Part shown: positions 57,615 through 64,000 of the stretch, one piece after another
Layout of the letters: each line of letters begins with the position of its first letter
How positions within the stretch are numbered: position 1 is the first letter of the stretch
Assembly: GCA_958296135.2 (NCBI GenBank)
Contig: CATQHZ020000001.1
Location: 1,312,001-1,376,000, forward strand
Origin: an uncultured Poribacteria bacterium
GTDB taxonomy: Bacteria; Poribacteria; WGA-4E; WGA-3G
Reading direction: 5' to 3'
DNA length: 64,000 bases
The notes under the pieces: generated by a model
Databases searched by the model: none
Seen by the model: the letters and a program-made list of their open reading frames with translations, nothing else
Told to the model about the DNA's origin: nothing
Made by a program: the position numbers and the translations under genes

Positions 57615-58988
57615 GCAAAGGCTGATTCACAGCAGACACTTCAGAATGAAATCACATTTTCGGGTAGGGGGTTAATGCTCGGCGAGTCTGTCACATTAAC
57701 CGTGAAACCCGCGCCGGCTGACTCCGGCATCGTCTTTCGGCGAGTGGATATCGCGGGTGCCCCCGACATTAAAGTGTGTCCAGAGAACTGGGCAGATATT
57801 CTCCCGCGCTGCACTAGTTTACGCGGCGATTCTTCTGTTGTTGCAGGAACCAACAGCAATTCGGCGCAAAACGTCACTGCGAGAGGAGACGTGACTTCTG
57901 GCAATCATACAAAAATAACGGTGAGTAGCGTTGAGCACGTTCTTTCTGCCTTAGGTGGACTTGGTATTGACAACGCGGTGGTAGAGCTCGATGCTACGGA
58001 ACCGCCGGCTCTTGATGGGAGTGCCTTACCATACGCCGAGGGAATCCAGAGTGTCGGTGTTGTCGCGCAAGAGAATACTGAACGCCGCGTTATGGAGTTC
58101 TCCGAACCGTTTGCCTTTTCAGCGGGAAATCGGCAGCTTGTTTTGCTACCGGCGGATGCGTTTCAAGTGACGTTCGTTTACGCGCATCCGCAAACCGCGC
58201 CGCAAATCGTCACATTGCAAATTACCCCGGAGAGTTATATCCGTGAAATCGCGCCTGCACGGAGTTTCTGTTTTGAAAATGAGATAGAGGCGTTGCAGTC
58301 TCTGGGCATCGGGAAGGGTGCGAGTTATGAGAATGTTGTGGTTATCAATGAGGAGGGCGCGCCGAGCACACGGCTTCATTTTCCAGACGAGTTTGTGCGC
58401 CATAAAATCCTCGATCTCATCGGCGATCTCTCCCTTGCGGGTTCTCTGCCTCCATTGCTGTGGAAGACGCATGTCATCGCGATGCGCACTGGGCACACGT
58501 TCCACGCTAAATTTGTGCAGGCTCTCGCGGAGAAAGGGCCCCTCGCAACGGTGCAGCAGCCGGTCGATGTGAAGGAGATTTACCGCATCCTGCCGCACCG
58601 ACACCCGATGTGTCTGCTGGACAGAGTGCTTGAATATGAGAACGGCAAATACGCTATCGGCATCAAGAACGTGACGTATAACGAACGGGTATTTGAAGGG
58701 CATTTCCCTGTTCAACCTGTGATGCCGGGGGTGTTACAGGTGGAGGCATTGGCCCAGTTGGCTGCGTGGCTGGTGCTTCAAGAAATCGGCAAGGAGGGGC
58801 AGCTCGGCTACTTCCGTACTATCAACAAGGCGACGTTTCGGCGGGCTGTTGTTCCCGGGGACCAGCTCCGCTTGGAAATCGAGGTTATTCAGCGTCGGAG
58901 CACGCTGGCGCGCATCAAAGGCCAGGCGTATGTCGGCGACGCGCTCGCGACAGAGGCGGAGTTGTCAATTGCCCTCGCGCCCAATTAG
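57612..58988 (+). CDS. lpxC-fabZ: Bifunctional LpxC deacetylase / FabZ dehydratase
   Basis: VEHVLSAL, DGSA, IAPARSF, RHKILDLIGDL; then LPHRHP, GHFP..PVMPGVLQVEALAQ. Confidence 0.94.
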   Translation: MAKADSQQTLQNEITFSGRGLMLGESVTLTVKPAPADSGIVFRRVDIAGAPDIKVCPENWADILPRCTSLRGDSSVVAGTNSNSAQNVTARGDVTSGNHTKITVSSVEHVLSALGGLGIDNAVVELDATEPPALDGSALPYAEGIQSVGVVAQENTERRVMEFSEPFAFSAGNRQLVLLPADAFQVTFVYAHPQTAPQIVTLQITPESYIREIAPARSFCFENEIEALQSLGIGKGASYENVVVINEEGAPSTRLHFPDEFVRHKILDLIGDLSLAGSLPPLLWKTHVIAMRTGHTFHAKFVQALAEKGPLATVQQPVDVKEIYRILPHRHPMCLLDRVLEYENGKYAIGIKNVTYNERVFEGHFPVQPVMPGVLQVEALAQLAAWLVLQEIGKEGQLGYFRTINKATFRRAVVPGDQLRLEIEVIQRRSTLARIKGQAYVGDALATEAELSIALAPN

Positions 58989-59006
58989 GCAGAAAGAGGT
59001 ATATCT

Positions 59007-59831
59007 GTGCTAGAGACACACATTCACCCAACTGCGATAATCTCTCCGAAGGCGATTTTGGAAGAGGGGGTTCGCGTTGGCCCCTATAGCCTTGTCGGTG
59101 ACTATGCGCATATCGGCCGTGGTACCGAGATTGGCCCCCATGTTCAGATTGACAAGTGGACTACCATCGGTGAGGACTGCCGCGTCTTTTTTGGTGCTAC
59201 CATCGGGAATCCGTCAAAAGATTTGAAGTATAACGGGGCACGGAGTTATGTCAAAATCGGCGACCGGAATACCCTTCGCGAGTATGTCTCGATTTCCAGA
59301 TCAACCTTTGAGGAGGGGGCGACTATCGTCGGTGATAACAATCTGTTCATGAATTGGGTGAATCTCGCGCATGACACCGTTGTTGGCAACTGCACTATCA
59401 TGGCGAACTTTGTATCGCTGGCTGGGCATGTAGAAATCGAGGATGACGTTCGGCTCGGCGCGCACGCGGCGCTGCATCAGTATGTCCGCGTCGGCAAAAT
59501 GGCGATGGCGGGCGGCTTCTCGAAGATTGTGCAAGATATTCCGCCGTTCGCCCTTTCGGCGGGACAACCTGCACGGGTGCGGAGTTTAAACCGCATCGGC
59601 ATTCATACCTCGCAAATCAATCCGTTGTCTCGGCTTTCCCCTGAAACTCTCGCTTTGCTGAAAAAATCTTTCCGCATTCTGTTTCGTTCCGGCATCCCGC
59701 TGCGGCACGCTGTTACCCAAGTGCGAGAGGTGGTGGCGGCGAACCCTGAGGTAGAATATCTCCTGCAGTTTATTGAGAGCTCCAAGCGTGGCATTGGATT
59801 CAGCCATCCGAATCGTCCGCTTGTGGGTTAA
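59007..59831 (+). CDS. lpxA: UDP-N-acetylglucosamine acyltransferase
   Basis: IHPTAII, DLKY, REYVSI, AHD, LAGHV, HQY, DIPPF. Confidence 0.95.
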   Translation: MLETHIHPTAIISPKAILEEGVRVGPYSLVGDYAHIGRGTEIGPHVQIDKWTTIGEDCRVFFGATIGNPSKDLKYNGARSYVKIGDRNTLREYVSISRSTFEEGATIVGDNNLFMNWVNLAHDTVVGNCTIMANFVSLAGHVEIEDDVRLGAHAALHQYVRVGKMAMAGGFSKIVQDIPPFALSAGQPARVRSLNRIGIHTSQINPLSRLSPETLALLKKSFRILFRSGIPLRHAVTQVREVVAANPEVEYLLQFIESSKRGIGFSHPNRPLVG

Positions 59832-59903
59832 AATGTCTCTAGGGCCCGTGGGGCGAGGGCCTGTCCCTCGCCGTTTCCCCACTCAAATAAGGGAACAGAA
59901 AAC

Positions 59904-60776
59904 GTGGAAAAACTTGGCATCATCGCTGGCGCGGGCGGGCTTCCTGTTCAATTAGCACACGCCGCCATCGTCCAAAACAGACAACCGGTTATCGTTCAAA
60001 TTACTGAGGCGGATGCAGGACGGTTTGCTGGACTTGCCGTGGAAATCTACTCCTTCGGTGTTGGGCAGCTCCAAAAAATCATCAAAACGCTGCGTGATGC
60101 TGATGTCCACGAAATCGTCATCATCGGCAAGGTTGAAAAGAATATCCTGCTTCGTCCCTTTCAGGTTGATGCCACGACGTTGAAGATTTTAGCGAAAAAC
60201 CGCTTTTTGGGTAGCGCAAGGCGTGATAAGCGAGACTCAGGACTTGAAACACAAGAAGATACCGAACGCCGCCTTGCGTATGACAGAAAAATCGTTGTTG
60301 CAATTCTCGACCATTTTGAAGCGTCCGGTATTGCTGTCCTGCCGCAAGATAGGTTCCTCACGCATCTCCTGCCGCAGCCTGGCGTTTTAACGGCGCGCGG
60401 ACCGGCAGCGCGCCAATCCGCAGACTCCCACTTCGGCATCACGGTCGCGAGGCAAATGGCCAACATGGATATCGGGCAGACAGTCGTCGTTAAAAATCAG
60501 ATTGTGCTTGCGATTGAGGCGATTGAGGGGACAGATGAGACGATTCGGAGAGGGGGAGCTTTGGGGGGGAAGGGCGTTGTCGTTGCCAAAGCCGCCGCCG
60601 AACATCACGATTTCCGAGTCGATGTGCCGACGGTAGGTATGCAGACGTTGCAGACGTTGCGTGACGTGAAAGCGCGGGTGTTGGCAGTGGAAGCACGGCG
60701 CACCTTCGTCATGGATGCAGACGCGCTCATTGCACAAGCAGACCGGTGGAAAATCGCAATCGTCGCCGTGGCGTAA
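59904..60776 (+). CDS. lpxI: UDP-2,3-diacylglucosamine diphosphatase LpxI
   Basis: LGIIAGAGGLP, DIGQTVVV, AIEAIEGTD, DFRVDVPTVG. Confidence 0.92.
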   Translation: MEKLGIIAGAGGLPVQLAHAAIVQNRQPVIVQITEADAGRFAGLAVEIYSFGVGQLQKIIKTLRDADVHEIVIIGKVEKNILLRPFQVDATTLKILAKNRFLGSARRDKRDSGLETQEDTERRLAYDRKIVVAILDHFEASGIAVLPQDRFLTHLLPQPGVLTARGPAARQSADSHFGITVARQMANMDIGQTVVVKNQIVLAIEAIEGTDETIRRGGALGGKGVVVAKAAAEHHDFRVDVPTVGMQTLQTLRDVKARVLAVEARRTFVMDADALIAQADRWKIAIVAVA

Positions 60777-60936
60777 TTTTCGTCGTTCGCGATGCGTTCG
60801 GCGTGCATCTCTTGGGGATATGAATGTTGACTGGCCATGCCGTCTTGATGTTTTCAAGACTTGCCTGCTCTTTTTCTGTAAAAAGGGTATGGATTCCGTT
60901 TCCACGGTATCCACACCCTCTTCGCTGGTGCGCCAA

Positions 60937-61167
60937 TTACGCTCCATCAATGGCAGTGGTTATCTGCCCGGTCGTTGGGAACTGCCCGGTTTTCAGTTTG
61001 GAGTAGAGCAACGTCCCGTTCAACGAGACCTCGAAGGCTCCACCACTGCTGGGTACCAGGTCCACCGTCTTCATCTCCGCGCCATAGTTCTTCTTCAAGG
61101 CATCTGCCAAACTGGCTGCCCGTGGCTCGTAGTTTCAGGCGGTGCAGTATTCGATTCTTACTTCCAT
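60937..61167 (-). CDS. SelW/Rdx-family selenoprotein (76 aa, CxxU); absent from the ORF track
   Basis: AAGGAGG RBS; MEVRIEYCTA-TGA(61137-61135)-NYEPRAASLADALKKNYGAEMKTVDLVPSSGGAFEVSLNGTLLYSKLKTGQFPTTGQITTAIDGA-TAA. Confidence 0.9.
61099..61120 (-). promoter_or_regulatory. Putative bacterial SECIS hairpin
   Basis: GGCA-GCCA-GUU-UGGC-AGA-UGCC; the G-led apical loop starts 22 nt after the UGA. Confidence 0.65.
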
Positions 61168-61433
61168 GATTTTAATCCTCCTTATAGCAATCACGCGGAA
61201 CAAAGCGCGCCTCCCGAACATTTTAGGAGTTTGCGTAAGTCCCGCTCAGTTGCGTGTTAACATCTTTAATTTTACCACAAACGTTTGAAAATTGCAAGTT
61301 TTTTTAGAGTTGTCTGAATCGTGGATTTGTCGGATCCCAAACCCGGTAGGTGCGCCAGCGCGTGCGCGGTTTCAAACCGCGCCTATCGGCTGAAAAATAA
61401 GGGCTAGCGTATCAAACATTAAGGAGAAGACTG

Positions 61434-62186
61434 GTGGATATCCAACTGAAAAACAAGGTTGCCGTGATTACTGGCGGATCGACCGGCATTGGCGCGGCGA
61501 CAGCGATGGCTTATTCTAAGGCTGGCGCGAGCGTCGTCTTCGGCGATATTAACGAAGAAGATGCCGAGAAGACCCGCAAGCTCCTTGTCAATAATGGCGG
61601 CAGTGCAAAGTTCCAACATACCGATGTCACCGTGGAATCGGAGGTAGCGGCATTAATCGGCACGGCTGAACGTGAGTTTGGCGGCGTTGACGTGTTGGTA
61701 ACCTCGGCAGGTATCTTGCGCGGTCCGAGCGTCCGTGTTGATGACTTTGGAGCCGCAACCTTTGACTCCGTGATAGATGTCAATCTCAAAGGCACGTTTT
61801 ATGCCGTGAAGCATGCTGTGCCCGTGATGGAGAGGCGTGGCGGCGGCGTTATCTTGTGTATCGCTTCGGGGGCAGGTGTTCGGGGAGGGAGTTCCTCGGT
61901 TGCGTATGCGTCAAGCAAAGGCGGGGTCAACGGGCTTGTGATGACGGTAGAAAACCAAGTCGCTTCCCTGAATATCCGTATGCATACGATTTGTCCGGGT
62001 GGCCTTGCAACGCCGCTGAAGTTGGGGCAGATCGCGGAGTCTGCGAGGCGCGGTGGGCAAGATGCAGATGTGGCAGTAGCGAATGCGCGGCATTCGCTTG
62101 GAGATCCGGCGGGTGTGGCGCGCATTTTGACGTTTCTCGCTTCGGATGAGGCATCCTATGTGCGCGGTCAGATTTTTACGCGGTAA
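61434..62186 (+). CDS. Short-chain dehydrogenase/reductase
   Basis: TGGSTGIG, YASSK, ICPG. Confidence 0.92.
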   Translation: MDIQLKNKVAVITGGSTGIGAATAMAYSKAGASVVFGDINEEDAEKTRKLLVNNGGSAKFQHTDVTVESEVAALIGTAEREFGGVDVLVTSAGILRGPSVRVDDFGAATFDSVIDVNLKGTFYAVKHAVPVMERRGGGVILCIASGAGVRGGSSSVAYASSKGGVNGLVMTVENQVASLNIRMHTICPGGLATPLKLGQIAESARRGGQDADVAVANARHSLGDPAGVARILTFLASDEASYVRGQIFTR

Positions 62187-62199
62187 ACGCCGTTTTTAA

Positions 62200-62372
62200 G
62201 TAGCGCGGGGGCCTGTTCCCCGCGATGTCTCGATCTTCGCGAAAACCGTCCGAGGCCGAAGGGTGCCAGGACGGTTTTCGTTATGACCGGTGCTTGGCGC
62301 GGGCCAGGCCCTCGCCCTACGGTGGGGGAGAGGAATTTGGACAAGGCGCGGGACAGGAAACCCTCGCCCTAC
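62200..62372. repeat. Family B REP cluster (one forward, two inverted units)
   Basis: gtagcgcggggcctgttccccgcg ... gccctcgccctac ... accctcgccctac. Confidence 0.8.
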
Positions 62373-62386
62373 GTGCACAACAAGTT

Positions 62387-62740
62387 TTACTTCGGGTTGA
62401 ACACGTAATCAAAACTCAGCCAGAGACTTCTGGAATAGCGATAGAAGAAGACTGGGAAGATGGCGGAAAATAGGCCCCATCCGACTAAATTAAGCGCGAA
62501 TGGAATGCCCGTGAATACCTCAAGCAGGAAGTAACCCGGAAAGGCGATGCCTACCGTCGCGCCGTAGTTGAGATACATCGCGCCGACAAAATAGCCGGGC
62601 TCGCGTTCAAATTTCAAACCGCATTCCGGACAGTGGGTGGCCATCGAAAAACGTCTTTGAAACAACGAACCTTGTTCACATTTGGGGCATTTGAGGCGAA
62701 AGCCGTAACGGAGGGCTCGCGCGAAGTTTTTGAGTTTCAT
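62387..62740 (-). CDS. DUF983 family zinc-ribbon membrane protein
   Basis: CPKCEQGSLF, CPECGLKFEREPGYFVGAMYL; two TM helices. Confidence 0.8.
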   Translation of the reverse strand: MKLKNFARALRYGFRLKCPKCEQGSLFQRRFSMATHCPECGLKFEREPGYFVGAMYLNYGATVGIAFPGYFLLEVFTGIPFALNLVGWGLFSAIFPVFFYRYSRSLWLSFDYVFNPK

Positions 62741-62812
62741 GGTGCGGTAACGGGACGCTAAGGTTCGCGAGGGCCAGGCGCTCGCGCTACGTTTGACATA
62801 CCGGGGGCCGAC

Positions 62813-63421
<609 letters not shown>

Positions 63422-63469
63422 AATTGTGGGCGCGATGTAGCACGCCTCTTGCAAGCGCGGTCGCGATTC

Positions 63470-64000
63470 CTAAGTTTTCTTAACTGCTTCAAAAACGTTG
63501 AGATATTGTTGCGCGATGCGGTTCCAGTTAAAATGGGTGCGTATCCGCTCGGGTGCCTGGTTTCGGAGTGCCTCAACTTCGTCAGGGTGGCTCTCTAAAT
63601 GCTCGATTTTCGTTTGCAAGTCACGGGCGTTTTTCTCAAACAGCACGCCATACCGGCCGCTGTCTAAGACTTCATAGTTGAACGGCGTATTCAGTGCGAG
63701 GATGCAATTAGAGAACCCCAGTGCCTTCAAAATGGATGGGTTGATGCCGCCAAACTGATGGCCGTGGATGTAAGCGAAGCAGTGATGGTGCAGTTCCTTG
63801 ATATGCTCCGAATTGTCAATGTGTCCGAGGAACTTGACGTTGTCGTTGGCGATGCGTTTCAGTTTATCCAAAAACTCGTTTTCGAGTTTATTGCCGCGGT
63901 AATCCGCGCTGCCAGCGATGGCGAACTGCTTCTGACTGTTGGACGCGACGAACGCCTCTAAAATCAGATCGGCGTTGTTATCCGGCACAAGCCGACTCGC
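63470..64000 (-). CDS. GT4-family glycosyltransferase, 3' part (starts beyond the window)
   Basis: YIHGHQFGGINPSIL, FNWNRIAQQY; the frame is open to the window edge. Confidence 0.8.
   Translation of the reverse strand, partial: ASRLVPDNNADLILEAFVASNSQKQFAIAGSADYRGNKLENEFLDKLKRIANDNVKFLGHIDNSEHIKELHHHCFAYIHGHQFGGINPSILKALGFSNCILALNTPFNYEVLDSGRYGVLFEKNARDLQTKIEHLESHPDEVEALRNQAPERIRTHFNWNRIAQQYLNVFEAVKKT

Noticed and set aside
57612-58988. LpxC-FabZ fusion as a novelty
   Set aside because: This bifunctional fusion is already well known in several bacterial phyla.
60387-60950. Minus-strand ORFs downstream of the selenoprotein
   Set aside because: Largely antisense to lpxI, with no recognisable motifs.

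Overview
A 64 kb bacterial chromosome segment from a GC-rich, LPS-making diderm. It is probably Candidatus Poribacteria, inferred from gene style (GCERVQQV lipoprotein motif, paralogous AAA-nuclease genes, dense GTAG palindromes); this is not proven. The first 18 kb hold two unrelated, convergent Type III restriction-modification loci flanking eno, ftsB and a substrate-binding protein. Both mod genes are split by a single-base frameshift at a G/C homopolymer placed after the methyltransferase core. Both loci also carry a PIN-domain gene (one intact with an ABC ATPase, one a remnant) between mod and res. The rest is mostly housekeeping: scpAB, thrC, xylA, cstA, bioA, truD, an E2 acyltransferase, ubiB-like kinase, ruvX, mltG and lpxC-fabZ/lpxA/lpxI. 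There are also toxin-antitoxin modules, a SpoIVB-type protease with a propeller partner, a ferredoxin-membrane-HSP20-like fusion, and a UGA-recoded SelW/Rdx selenoprotein with a SECIS hairpin that the ORF track misses. At least six families of REP-like palindromes fill the intergenic space. They also sit in-frame inside about eight proteins (recurring peptide AR[L/F]xSAPT), supply stop codons, and form a shared structured leader ending at the start codons of ftsB, mltG and lpxC. No transposase, tRNA, rRNA or CRISPR array was seen.
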